Assembly (NCBI GenBank): GCA_043820025.1
Contig: JBDRED010000021.1
Location: 14,902-78,901 of the forward strand
Reading direction: 5' to 3'
Origin: Elusimicrobiota bacterium
GTDB lineage: Bacteria > RUG730 > JBDRED01
DNA: 64,000 bases
Below, piece after piece: positions 46,834-56,560 of this stretch. A program made the translations under genes and the position numbers. The notes beneath the pieces were generated by a model, which did no database searches, was not told the DNA's origin, and saw nothing but the letters and a program-made list of their open reading frames with translations. Numbering within the stretch: the first letter of the stretch is position 1; each line of letters opens with the position of its first letter.

Positions 46834-48724
46834 TAAACCATTTGGAGGGCCTGCTTCACGCGCCCCAAGAAGCCAAAGTTTAAGAGATGTCACAAATGAT
46901 TCAAGAATTAATCTTGAAGGCAAGGAAATGATTGATATTACCATTGATCATCTGAAACATAAAATATTAAAGGGCTCAACAATACTACAGGCAGCAAAAG
47001 AGCTTAATATTAAAATCCCCACACTCTGCCAGCACGACGATCTTTGCCTTGCAGGCGTATGCCGCGTATGTGTTGTTGAAGTCAGCGGAGAACGCACTCT
47101 TCAATCCGCGTGTTCATATCCTATATTAAAATCAATTGAGGTTAACACTTACTCGCCAAAGGTTAGACGCGCGCGAAAAAATATTCTCCAGCTTCTATTA
47201 AGAAACCATTATGGCGAATGCTATTCCTGCAGAAGAAACAATAACTGCGAACTTCAAGAACTTGCGAAGGAATACGGCGTTACAAACTATAAATTCGGAC
47301 ATATAAATAAACCAAGATATGCTCAAGACTCGTCAAGTTATTCAGTTGAAAGAGATATGAATAAATGCGTGCTTTGCAGAAGATGCGTCAGAACTTGTAT
47401 TGACCTTCAAGAAGTAGGCGTATTAGAAGCAGGCTTTAGAGGATCTGATACAAAAATTGTAACATATTTAGATAAACCTCTTGCTGACGTGATTTGTATA
47501 AATTGCGGCCAATGCATAAACCGCTGTCCCACAGGCGCGCTAAAAGCAAAAAGCGCTGTTGACTTAGCGTGGGAAGCAATCGATAATCCTGAAAAACACG
47601 TTATCATTCAGACTGCGCCCAGCCCAAGAGCCGCAATAGGCGAAGAGTTCGGGCTTCCTGCCGGAACAAGCGTTACGAAAAAACTAAATACAGCTCTAAA
47701 AAGAGTAGGATTTAATAAAGTTTTTGACACAAATTTTACAGCTGATTTAACAATTATGGAAGAAGGCACAGAACTCTTAATAAAACTAAAAAAGGCTCTT
47801 GTTGATAAAGATAAAAGCGTAATGCTTCCTCAATTTACTTCCTGCTCTCCGGGATGGGTTAAATATATTGAGCACTTTTATCCTGAAAAACTTGGACATG
47901 TTTCAACAGCAAAAAGCCCGCAGCAGATGTTCGGCGCAATAGTAAAAACATGGTACGCTCAAAAAAATAATATAGACCCAAAAAACATTGTAAGCGTTTC
48001 TCTTATGCCTTGTTCTGCCAAAAAATTTGAATGCGAACGTCCGGAGATGAACAGCTCGGGCTTCAAAGATGTTGATATAGCTCTTACTACGCGCGAGCTT
48101 GCTGATATGATAAAGGAATGCGGCATTGACCTCCCGAATCTACCGGAATCCGCATTTGATGACCCTCTGGGTATCGGATCAGGAGCAGCATTAATTTTTG
48201 GAGCAACAGGCGGAGTTATGGAAGCTGCAATTAGAACTGTTTATGAAATAGTTACAGGCGAAGAGGTTCCTTTTAAAAATCTTGATATCATGCCTGTGCG
48301 CGGAATGGAAGGAATACGAGAAGCATCCCTCCCAATTCCAAAGGCTGTAGCAGAATGGAAGTTTTTAGAAGGAGCGACTCTTAAGGTCATGGTAGGCCAT
48401 GGCACGGCTAATGCTAAGGAAATAATGGACATGCTTGTAAGAGGCGAACTTAATGATTATCATTTTGTAGAGATAATGGCCTGCCCCGGCGGATGCTTGG
48501 GCGGCGGCGGACAGCCTATACCAACAAGCCCGGAAATAAGACAAGCGCGCGCAAACGCGATATATGCGGAAGACGAAGGCCTGCCGCTTAGAAAGTCTCA
48601 CGAAAATCCTATAGTAAAGGAAATATATAAAGAATTTTTAACAGACGGGCCATGCGGCCATAAGAGCCATAAATTATTGCATACTTCGTATTTAAAACGC
48701 GGCAAATGGATTGGAAAAAAATAG
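46787..48724 (+). CDS. hydA: [FeFe] hydrogenase catalytic subunit (M3-type, CpI-like cluster complement)
   Basis: N-terminal 2Fe-2S and 4Fe-4S motifs (CRVCVVEV, HYGECYSCRRNNNC, CVLCRRCVRTC, CINCGQCINRCP); H-cluster motifs FTSCSPGW (L1 variant), MPCSAKKFE (L2), EIMACPGGCLGGGGQP (L3). Likely start MDNKPF at ~46826 overlapping upstream stop. Confidence 0.9.
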   Translation: MFYQKNLKRRYHSMDNKPFGGPASRAPRSQSLRDVTNDSRINLEGKEMIDITIDHLKHKILKGSTILQAAKELNIKIPTLCQHDDLCLAGVCRVCVVEVSGERTLQSACSYPILKSIEVNTYSPKVRRARKNILQLLLRNHYGECYSCRRNNNCELQELAKEYGVTNYKFGHINKPRYAQDSSSYSVERDMNKCVLCRRCVRTCIDLQEVGVLEAGFRGSDTKIVTYLDKPLADVICINCGQCINRCPTGALKAKSAVDLAWEAIDNPEKHVIIQTAPSPRAAIGEEFGLPAGTSVTKKLNTALKRVGFNKVFDTNFTADLTIMEEGTELLIKLKKALVDKDKSVMLPQFTSCSPGWVKYIEHFYPEKLGHVSTAKSPQQMFGAIVKTWYAQKNNIDPKNIVSVSLMPCSAKKFECERPEMNSSGFKDVDIALTTRELADMIKECGIDLPNLPESAFDDPLGIGSGAALIFGATGGVMEAAIRTVYEIVTGEEVPFKNLDIMPVRGMEGIREASLPIPKAVAEWKFLEGATLKVMVGHGTANAKEIMDMLVRGELNDYHFVEIMACPGGCLGGGGQPIPTSPEIRQARANAIYAEDEGLPLRKSHENPIVKEIYKEFLTDGPCGHKSHKLLHTSYLKRGKWIGKK

Positions 48725-48817
48725 CAGATTGAGCAAGAAAACGCATTCATAATTATAAAAAGATTTAATAGTATTAGATTTTATTAATCGTAATATAGGT
48801 TAGAAGTCATAAAAGCT

Positions 48818-49093
48818 TTGAAATTCCGGGAGGGTTTAATGAAAAAAGATATTCTTTTAATTTTAGTTAACAAAAGAAAGGAAACAGCTGTAAATGTTCA
48901 AAAGATTTTGACAGAATGGGGATGCTTAATTAAAACCAGGCTTGGCATACACGATGGAATACTCGACGATTGCTCAAACACAGGCCTGATTATGCTTGAA
49001 TTAGTCGGTGACCGGGCAAAGATCAATGAACTAACGCATAAGCTTGGACTGCTTGACGGCGTTAACGCAAAACTGGTAGAGCTTGCTCTATAA
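48818..49093 (+). CDS. TM1266-family putative iron-only hydrogenase system regulator (ACT-like)
   Basis: ~85 aa; ILTEWGCLIKTRLGIHDG...GLIMLELVGDRAKINELTHKLGLLDGVNAKLVEL fits the TM1266-family pattern; ATG ~48839 after GGGAGGG. Confidence 0.6.
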   Translation: MKFREGLMKKDILLILVNKRKETAVNVQKILTEWGCLIKTRLGIHDGILDDCSNTGLIMLELVGDRAKINELTHKLGLLDGVNAKLVELAL

Positions 49094-49209
49094 AGATAAA
49101 TGGGGTATATTGGCCGCTCGAATTTGCAACGGAATTTTAAAACAATAACTTCTATTAATGTGTCTGAGAATTATTGTTGTTAATCAGCTATATTGATCAT
49201 CAAATAACA

Positions 49210-50262
49210 CTAATTTTTTAAAGTATCTCCTCTTCCTTGCGCAATATATCGTCCAATTTCAACGCTCATCATACGCATACAACCGCTACACTGACCAGCC
49301 TCTTCGTTCACACAACGTTTATTTGGATATATTTCATAATATTCTCTGTATGGACCGGGAGTAAAGTTTGGCATCATTACATTTGCCCCTGCTTTTAATC
49401 CGTCAATCCTATAATCTTGTCCCATACTTCCTAGCGCTGTTGTAGCCGGAATATGCGCGTTCTTTGTCATTATTCTGGCTATTGCCATTACCTTCAAAGT
49501 TTCTTTAACATCTGCAATTTTAGAATCTTTTAGGCTTGTGAGCGGATGCGGAATAAAAGGGCTGATACTAACCATATCAAAATTTTCATTTCTAAAATAA
49601 ATCAAGTCATTGGCGATTGACTCATTTGTCTGGTTTGGAAGCCCGACAATATTTCCTGACCCGGTCTGATAACCTAATTCTTTCAGCCGCGCAAGGCAAT
49701 TTTTTCTATTTTCAAAACTCATCCCGGGATGCAGGCTATCGTACAAATTCTTATCAAGTGTTTCCATTTTCAGCAGGAACCTGTCAGCTCCGCTCTCTTT
49801 CCAAAGTTTGTAATCTTCAAAAGTTTTTTCGCCTACTGAAAGTGTAATAGCCAGATTTTTATAAAGAGATCTAATGGTTTTTATTACGTCAGCGAACCAT
49901 TGCGGGTCAAGTCCATCATACTCTCCTGACTGCAGGACAACTGTGCCTATATTATGTTTTACTATAAGTCCAACTGACTCTAGAATCTCTGCTTTTGTCA
50001 TACAATAGCGTCTTAGTTTTGTATTTAGACTTGTCAGCCCGCAGTACGCGCAGTTATTGCCGCAAAAATTTGAAAATTCAAGCAAACCTCTTAAATAAAT
50101 TCCGTCTCCGAGACATTCCTTTCTAATTTTACTCGCTGTATCGAATATTAATTTAATATTATCGTCGGAAGCAGCGGATAATAATTCCACACAGCCATCT
50201 TTTGTAATATTGGGCGATGTTAATATGTTATTAATATTATACATACTCATCCCGCTTGCCAT
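49210..50262 (-). CDS. hydE: [FeFe] hydrogenase maturase HydE (radical SAM, BioB-like)
   Basis: CGNNCAYCG radical-SAM CxxxCxxC; ~350 aa. Confidence 0.85.
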   Translation of the reverse strand: MASGMSMYNINNILTSPNITKDGCVELLSAASDDNIKLIFDTASKIRKECLGDGIYLRGLLEFSNFCGNNCAYCGLTSLNTKLRRYCMTKAEILESVGLIVKHNIGTVVLQSGEYDGLDPQWFADVIKTIRSLYKNLAITLSVGEKTFEDYKLWKESGADRFLLKMETLDKNLYDSLHPGMSFENRKNCLARLKELGYQTGSGNIVGLPNQTNESIANDLIYFRNENFDMVSISPFIPHPLTSLKDSKIADVKETLKVMAIARIMTKNAHIPATTALGSMGQDYRIDGLKAGANVMMPNFTPGPYREYYEIYPNKRCVNEEAGQCSGCMRMMSVEIGRYIAQGRGDTLKN

Positions 50263-51619
50263 TCTTCATTTTGCAAAATATCTCATTTAACATATTTTTA
50301 TCGTCGCCGGATAAATCTTTAAACCCGGATTCAATAAGTTTTCTACCTTTCTCTTTTACATCAGCCGAAGCAAAATCGTCGAGGTACTCGGTAAGAGTCA
50401 ATAAAGCGTTCATACTGCACTTGCCTTTGATATTACCGGGTTTCGCAAGGCCCATAAACGCCTCTCCTGTCCTGCCCGAACGGTAACAAGCTGTGCAAAA
50501 ACTTGGGACACAACCATGATCTATTAATGAAGATATTATTTCATCAAGGCTTCTCTCATCATGCACGCCAAACTGAGCGTTCTTACCCCCATTTTCATTT
50601 TTATAGCCTCCGGGAGATGTTTTAGACTCGGCGCTTATTTGAGAGATCCCATAATTAAAAAGTTCATCCCGTAATTTCGCAGTCTCCCTTGTAGAAAGTA
50701 TCAGCCCGGTATATGGCACCGCTAATCTTAAAATCGCGGCCAGTTTTTTAAATTCAATATCTTGTAATTTATATGGCGGATTTAATGTGTAAGGAGCGCC
50801 GTCAGCTGACTCGATTCTCGGAACAGAAATTGTATGAGGCCCTACATTAAACTTATTCTCCAAATGTTCAATATGCGCCATAAGCGCAAGTGTTTCAAAT
50901 TTCCAGTCATAAAGCCCGTATAATACGCCTATGCCAACATCGTCTATTCCGCATTCAAAAGCGTCATCAATTGCCTGCATTCTTATGTCAGGATCGCTTT
51001 TGGGGCCGTTTAAATGCACCCTTTTATAAGTTTCGTCATGATATGTTTCTTGAAACAGCTGATATGTCCCTATTCCCGCTGTTTTTAATATCTTAAACTC
51101 TTCTTTGCTTAGCGGCGCTACATTTACATTAACACGCCTAATACTATTATTCTCATATTTAGCTTCATAAATCGCTCGAATTGAATCTATATAAAAATCT
51201 ATCTTCTTTTTATTTTGCGGCGCAGACTCTCCGGCTACCATGAGTATTCTTTTATGTCCTCTTTTAAGCAGCCAGGCAATCTGTTCTTTTATTTCTTCCT
51301 CTGTTAAAGCCTTCCTGACAATTGCCTTATTATCAGCTCTAAAACCACAGTAAAGACAGTTATTACAGCATTGGTTGCTAATGTACATTGGCGCAAAAAG
51401 CACTACTCTTTTTCCATATATTTTTTCCTTAACATACGCGGCTGTTTCAAATAATTTATTAACTAAATCCTCATCGGTAATTTTTAAAAGCTGTCCCACT
51501 TCTTGCAGTGACAACCTGCCAAGAGATTTAGATTTTTCAAGAATATCCTTGATCTGAAATTTATCAACCTTAGCTCCTTCAAGGATAGAATATATTTTGT
51601 TGTTTTCAATATACTTCAT
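50237..51619 (-). CDS. hydG: [FeFe] hydrogenase maturase HydG (radical SAM, ThiH-like)
   Basis: CCNNCLYCGF radical-SAM motif; C-terminal CTACYRSGRTG...GKCSMNAL second-cluster motif; 460 aa. Confidence 0.85.
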   Translation of the reverse strand: MKYIENNKIYSILEGAKVDKFQIKDILEKSKSLGRLSLQEVGQLLKITDEDLVNKLFETAAYVKEKIYGKRVVLFAPMYISNQCCNNCLYCGFRADNKAIVRKALTEEEIKEQIAWLLKRGHKRILMVAGESAPQNKKKIDFYIDSIRAIYEAKYENNSIRRVNVNVAPLSKEEFKILKTAGIGTYQLFQETYHDETYKRVHLNGPKSDPDIRMQAIDDAFECGIDDVGIGVLYGLYDWKFETLALMAHIEHLENKFNVGPHTISVPRIESADGAPYTLNPPYKLQDIEFKKLAAILRLAVPYTGLILSTRETAKLRDELFNYGISQISAESKTSPGGYKNENGGKNAQFGVHDERSLDEIISSLIDHGCVPSFCTACYRSGRTGEAFMGLAKPGNIKGKCSMNALLTLTEYLDDFASADVKEKGRKLIESGFKDLSGDDKNMLNEIFCKMKNGKRDEYV

Positions 51620-51621
51620 AA

Positions 51622-52293
51622 TTATTTTATTCCTTCTTTGATTTGATTTTGCGCGTTAACAAAATAAATTACATTTTCGAGCTCTAACTCTAAATTAACA
51701 TTATTAACAACCGCTCCTATAGGAACATTCAGATTAATCGGAGCAAAATTAAGAATACCTTTAACCCCTGCTTTAATTATTCTATCAGCAATACTCTGAG
51801 CAACTTCATGAGGCACAGCAAGAATCGCCAGTCTTACATCTTCATTTTTTATTATAGCCTCTAATTCCTCCATTGGCTTAATAACCATATTTCCCATTCC
51901 GTTATTCTTGCCTGGATTAATATCAAAGGCAGCGGCAATTTCTATACCCTCATTTTCAAACCCGCTGTAATTCATAAGCGCTGTTCCAATATTTCCAACA
52001 CCTATAACAATCACCTTCTGCACTACATTCTTTCCAAGTATCTTATTTAAATTTTCAATAAGCTCCTCAATAATATATCCACCCTTCTTATTGCCGGTAA
52101 TACCAAATACTGAAAAATCCTTTCTTACCTGTACAGGAGAAATCCCTAAAGAATCCCCTAAGTTATCAGAATATACCTTCACAAATCCAATATCTTTTAA
52201 TCTATTTAAAGCATTCTTGTAACCGGATAATCTCATTATTACATTTTTATTATTTGTCATTTTATTGTTCCTTTTTGGTACATATACTTGCAA
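51622..52293 (-). CDS. rex: Redox-sensing transcriptional repressor Rex
   Basis: N-terminal winged helix (RLSGYKNALNRLKDIGFVKVYSDNLGDSLGISPVQVRKDFSVFG) and Rossmann VIVIGVGNIGTAL; probable start MTNNKN at ~52260 after AAGGAA. Confidence 0.8.
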   Translation of the reverse strand: MQVYVPKRNNKMTNNKNVIMRLSGYKNALNRLKDIGFVKVYSDNLGDSLGISPVQVRKDFSVFGITGNKKGGYIIEELIENLNKILGKNVVQKVIVIGVGNIGTALMNYSGFENEGIEIAAAFDINPGKNNGMGNMVIKPMEELEAIIKNEDVRLAILAVPHEVAQSIADRIIKAGVKGILNFAPINLNVPIGAVVNNVNLELELENVIYFVNAQNQIKEGIK

Positions 52294-52470
52294 TATACTA
52301 TCATATTATTTACTCTTGTCAATTTTTATTACGATAGTTTAGCACAATACATCCATAAGAGCCATTATTCTCAACACTAATTCTTAAAGGCAGACTGATA
52401 TTATTTTTTTCCAATAAATAAAAAAGGCCTATGCAATAAAGCGCAGGCCTTTTAAAATAGCTTTCATTTT

Positions 52471-53115
52471 TTATTTTTCACGCTCTTCTTCAAAATATTC
52501 TGTAAACTCACCGTGTTCTTTGTACCATTCTTTGTATGCGCCAATTGGCAGACCTTCGACTCTATCATACCTTGGATATTGTTTTTCAGTTTCATAGGAA
52601 ACCTTTCTGCTTTCATCTTGAAAAATGCTTTCTTCGATAGCTCTAACCATATCCTGAGGCGTAAAAAATATTCCGGTATCTAATCTGAGTTTTGTATACA
52701 ATGTTTCTAATGTTTTAAAATAATATAGCGCTTTAAGTATTGATTTTGGATTGAGCGCGTTTTCTTTATTTAAAACAAAGTCAACCTTTTCATAAAGCTT
52801 TGACATATCAAACGGCTTTTTCATATAACAAAAAGCGTGCATAACCTTTCTGACTATTTCCTCAGTTACGTCAACTTTGCCGGATATGATAATAACATTA
52901 AACATTTTTCCAAGCTCGGTTAATTGCAAACCGGATTTATCAGGTAAATCAACATCAAGTAATATTATATCAGGCTGTATCTGCTCAGCGCTTTTAACGC
53001 CATCCATAGCTGTGTGCGCCATATGCACCTCATAATCATTCTCCTCAAAAAAACCTTTTACAAGTTCGCATAATGTTACTTCATCGTCTATAATTAACAT
53101 CTTATTTTTTTTCAT
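52471..53115 (-). CDS. Response regulator (REC domain) with uncharacterised non-HTH C-terminal domain
   Basis: MLIIDDEVTLCELVKGFFEENDYEVHMAHTAMDG...DIILLDVDLPDKSG REC signature; C-terminal ~90 aa unrecognised. Confidence 0.75.
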   Translation of the reverse strand: MKKNKMLIIDDEVTLCELVKGFFEENDYEVHMAHTAMDGVKSAEQIQPDIILLDVDLPDKSGLQLTELGKMFNVIIISGKVDVTEEIVRKVMHAFCYMKKPFDMSKLYEKVDFVLNKENALNPKSILKALYYFKTLETLYTKLRLDTGIFFTPQDMVRAIEESIFQDESRKVSYETEKQYPRYDRVEGLPIGAYKEWYKEHGEFTEYFEEEREK

Positions 53116-53238
53116 TTAGACCCTCCTCTTAAATACTGATTACGCTGATGCGCCATAGATTTCTCAAATAACGCAAATCAGTATATACGCCGTACAAATC
53201 TTCTTCATTTTTTTATTTGCATCACCTGCCTAAATTTA

Positions 53239-55425
53239 TCATTTTTCCTGTTTATCTTTGTATATTGGGAGATACACAGTGAATGTTGTGCCCTCGCCTT
53301 CCTTGCTTGCGACCTCAATATCTCCTCTATTATCCGTCACCATCCTGTGCACAAGAGAAACTCCCATACCTGTGCCCTGAGAACCTTTTGTTGTAAAAAA
53401 TAAATCAAAAATCTTATTTTTAATATTATCAGGTATGCCATGTCCTGTATCCGATATCTTCATTTCCACAAACCCAAGCCTGCTCATTGAGTCTTGGGCA
53501 TTTATTGTGATCGTACCGCCGCGATCATTTGCCATTGCCTCAATAGCGTTTATGCAAAGATTCATTATTACCTGCTGTATATCTATAGCTTTGACCAAAA
53601 CCGGTGATAACCCGGGTTCAATGCTTTTTATTACGTTTATTTTAAAATCGTTAAACTTTTTAGAAGGTATCATATTGAGCCCCTCATTAATTATTTCTAA
53701 AAGATTTTCTCTTTGGAAATCCCCGGGCTTTGCAAATCCCATTATACCCTGAATAATATGCGCAATACGAAAAGCCATTTTTTTAATAATTTCGATATTC
53801 TTTATTTGCCAATCAGTAAATTCCTGCCTTAATTCAGAACTTAATCCTTCTTTTTCAATTCTATCTAAAAACCTGGGAAACTTTAAAGAACACAAATCAG
53901 CAGCTCCAACAACAGTCCCTAAAGGATTATTAATCTGATGCGCAAAACCGGCAGCCATCTCGCCTAAAGTAGATAGTTTTGCTGTTTGAATCAAATGCAT
54001 TTCATGTTCTTTTATTCTTTCAAAAAACTCAGCATTCTCAATAGCAAGAGAAACCTGATTAATCAAAGTTACAAGCACATTTAAGTCATATTTTGTATAA
54101 AGCTCTTTATTTATCTTTGCGCCCAGCGTAATAAAACCCTCTAAACGCTTATTCGAAAATCTAGGCAGTACTATGGAAGCTCCCAATGCTCTGATTTCTT
54201 TATACACTTCGTCATAATCTATTTGATATTTATTCAAAACAAATCGATCTAAATCTTCTATAACCAAAGGATTTCTTTCTCTATTTAATAGTTTAATCAA
54301 ATGATGTTCATCATTAAGCGCCTTTCCGGATTGATAACGCCTCTCTATGCCTCTGGATGCGACTAATTCATATTGCACGCGTTCTTCGTTATATTCAAAA
54401 AACCTAACATGGCTTATATTAATTTCTTTTGTGAGAATATCAACCACACTCTCTCTTATAGACTTTATATCTCTTACAAATATCATTTCTTTTGAAGCCT
54501 TAAGCAAAGATTCATAATATTGCCGATGTTTTCTTATCAGCCTTTCTTCAGCTTTATTTCTCAAATAGTGATAAATAATCTGACCTATATACGCTAAAAC
54601 TACGCCAAAAATAAAAAATCCAATCCACCAGCGCTCGCCAAGCAGCTGCGCAAAGTATTTCTCGCCTGAAATAGCAATAAATATCGAAACAGCGAGTATT
54701 AATCCATAAACAATAATAAAAATTGTTCCAACTGTTAATACGGTATTAATCTCCATTAAACGATGTTTAACAATAGAATAAAATAATACTATACTGCCAA
54801 GTCCGATCAAATATCCTGCCGGCGCAAAAACATTTATGAGCCCAAAAATTGTAGCGAAATATATACCATATCCTATATAAAACAATAAGTAGCCTAAAAA
54901 CACAAACTTGAATTGATCCCTCCTTATACCTATAGCGGATTTCATGCCATCATAAAGTAAAAAAATACAATAACCGCATCCCAGCGCAATAGATAAAAAG
55001 AAAATGTAATAAATTATGCCCGGATCAGATTGAACTAAAGTTGATCCTTTCACATTTACTAATCCTTTGATAAACAGCGAAGTTGGCAAAAAAACCAATA
55101 AAATTCCTGTAACAGCATACACTGCTTTTCTTGACCAATTATTCCATATTTCATTTCTCATTGTATATGCAAAATGGATTGATAGCAGAGGTAAAATAAT
55201 ACCAAAAATATAACAAAATCTATGAACATTTAATATAAAATTAGGGAAGTCTGACAGGAGATTGATAAAGAAAGCTCCCAAACACCACATACCAATAGAA
55301 AAATTTAAAAAAACAAAAGATTTATTTAATTTCGGCTCAATATTTCTATTAAACACAATAATAGCTAGAAGAAATGTAACTAAAACCGCAAATAAATTCC
55401 CTCCTATAATAAGAACCTTTAGCAT
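53239..55425 (-). CDS. Sensor histidine kinase (N-terminal 7TM, GAF-like, HisKA, HATPase_c)
   Basis: ~8 TM N-terminus; GAF-like segment; H-box LSTLGEMAAGFAHQINNPL; DTGHGIP...GTGMGVSL ATPase motifs. Confidence 0.85.
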   Translation of the reverse strand: MLKVLIIGGNLFAVLVTFLLAIIVFNRNIEPKLNKSFVFLNFSIGMWCLGAFFINLLSDFPNFILNVHRFCYIFGIILPLLSIHFAYTMRNEIWNNWSRKAVYAVTGILLVFLPTSLFIKGLVNVKGSTLVQSDPGIIYYIFFLSIALGCGYCIFLLYDGMKSAIGIRRDQFKFVFLGYLLFYIGYGIYFATIFGLINVFAPAGYLIGLGSIVLFYSIVKHRLMEINTVLTVGTIFIIVYGLILAVSIFIAISGEKYFAQLLGERWWIGFFIFGVVLAYIGQIIYHYLRNKAEERLIRKHRQYYESLLKASKEMIFVRDIKSIRESVVDILTKEINISHVRFFEYNEERVQYELVASRGIERRYQSGKALNDEHHLIKLLNRERNPLVIEDLDRFVLNKYQIDYDEVYKEIRALGASIVLPRFSNKRLEGFITLGAKINKELYTKYDLNVLVTLINQVSLAIENAEFFERIKEHEMHLIQTAKLSTLGEMAAGFAHQINNPLGTVVGAADLCSLKFPRFLDRIEKEGLSSELRQEFTDWQIKNIEIIKKMAFRIAHIIQGIMGFAKPGDFQRENLLEIINEGLNMIPSKKFNDFKINVIKSIEPGLSPVLVKAIDIQQVIMNLCINAIEAMANDRGGTITINAQDSMSRLGFVEMKISDTGHGIPDNIKNKIFDLFFTTKGSQGTGMGVSLVHRMVTDNRGDIEVASKEGEGTTFTVYLPIYKDKQEK

Positions 55426-55662
55426 TATTTGCTCCTATATTTTCTTTACTCTACAGCAAACGCCAAACTTGTCAGTAGAGCAATAAATGAATCAATTACA
55501 TTTTCTCCTCAGTTATTAATAAGAGAATCTCCGGTATTGTGATTTTTTCTTATTTTTAAGTCTAACAAATTCCACCTTGTTTTTCAATGATTAGTTACAT
55601 CACTTCTCTCCGGCAACAGGCCTTTTGGGACAAAATATTGCTTCATGATTTTTTATATTAAC

Positions 55663-56151
55663 TCACTGTATATTTTGATTGATCTTATCAATAATCACTT
55701 TTTCGGTTTCATCGAGATTCTCAAATACAGATGCTGCGGTTATTGCGTCAACATTCACATCTTTGGCCTTCCATCCCTCATCTCCTGCTGTTGTTATTAA
55801 AATTACCTTTTTTTCCTGCTCAGGAAATAAACTTTTTAAAAACTTTTTAACATCGCCATTTATTTTCCACATCTTACATGTATTCATCAAAACTATAGCA
55901 TCTAAATCATCGGTGTTTACTTCTCGAAGAGCCTTTAAATCTACAATTTTAACTTCATATTTAGGCGAAGGATAAGCGTTTACTATCCGCGCAACAAGCC
56001 TGTCTTTGTACTCACTGGCGCCGGCAGCGATAAGAATTTTTTTAGTAACTACTTTTTCCATAACTACAGTTCCAAGATTTTCGATCTCCTGAGAACCAAC
56101 CCATCCGGTTAAAATGCTCAATGTAATAATTACAGTTAAAATCTTTTTCAT
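55663..56151 (-). CDS. Hypothetical exported protein
   Basis: Signal peptide MKKILTVIITLSILTGWVGS; no recognised domain. Confidence 0.45.
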   Translation of the reverse strand: MKKILTVIITLSILTGWVGSQEIENLGTVVMEKVVTKKILIAAGASEYKDRLVARIVNAYPSPKYEVKIVDLKALREVNTDDLDAIVLMNTCKMWKINGDVKKFLKSLFPEQEKKVILITTAGDEGWKAKDVNVDAITAASVFENLDETEKVIIDKINQNIQ

Positions 56152-56212
56152 ATTGCCTCCTTTTTGCCGTTATATTACCTTAAATTCGTAAAATCATGTT
56201 TATACGGCCTTT

Positions 56213-56551
56213 TCACCATGACATTTTGTCGCCTTCGGACAAATCCGCATTCCGCGCCGTTCCCTCAGGCAATTCAAACACATATTTTGCTCTTAAAATG
56301 TAGCTTGTAACACGCCAGGGCTTTAGATTATGATAAATTTTAATTACCTTTTTCCTTTTATCTAAAAAAACCACATCTATGGTAAACCCCATAAAAAAAC
56401 AATGTATTTGTTTAGCGCCTGTAAAAAGCATTCCTGTATCTTGAGGCAGACTTTTTCTTCCGAGAAGCCCTTTCATTTTTTTGTAAAACGAGTCTGCAAA
56501 GATAATATTTTTTATTACAATGTTGTTTTTTGTCAGATTAATAATCGGCAT
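56213..56551 (-). CDS. DUF192 (COG1430) family protein
   Basis: KGLLGRKSL..DTGMLFTG...IHCFFMGFTIDVVFLD...LKPW pattern. Confidence 0.7.
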   Translation of the reverse strand: MPIINLTKNNIVIKNIIFADSFYKKMKGLLGRKSLPQDTGMLFTGAKQIHCFFMGFTIDVVFLDKRKKVIKIYHNLKPWRVTSYILRAKYVFELPEGTARNADLSEGDKMSW

Positions 56552-56560
56552 TTTATCACC

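Noticed and set aside
52418-52460. Hairpin aaaaggcc...ggcctttt downstream of response regulator as strong terminator
   Set aside because: The stem is short and imperfect, although a T-run follows on the minus strand. It is a plausible but weak terminator and was not listed as a feature.
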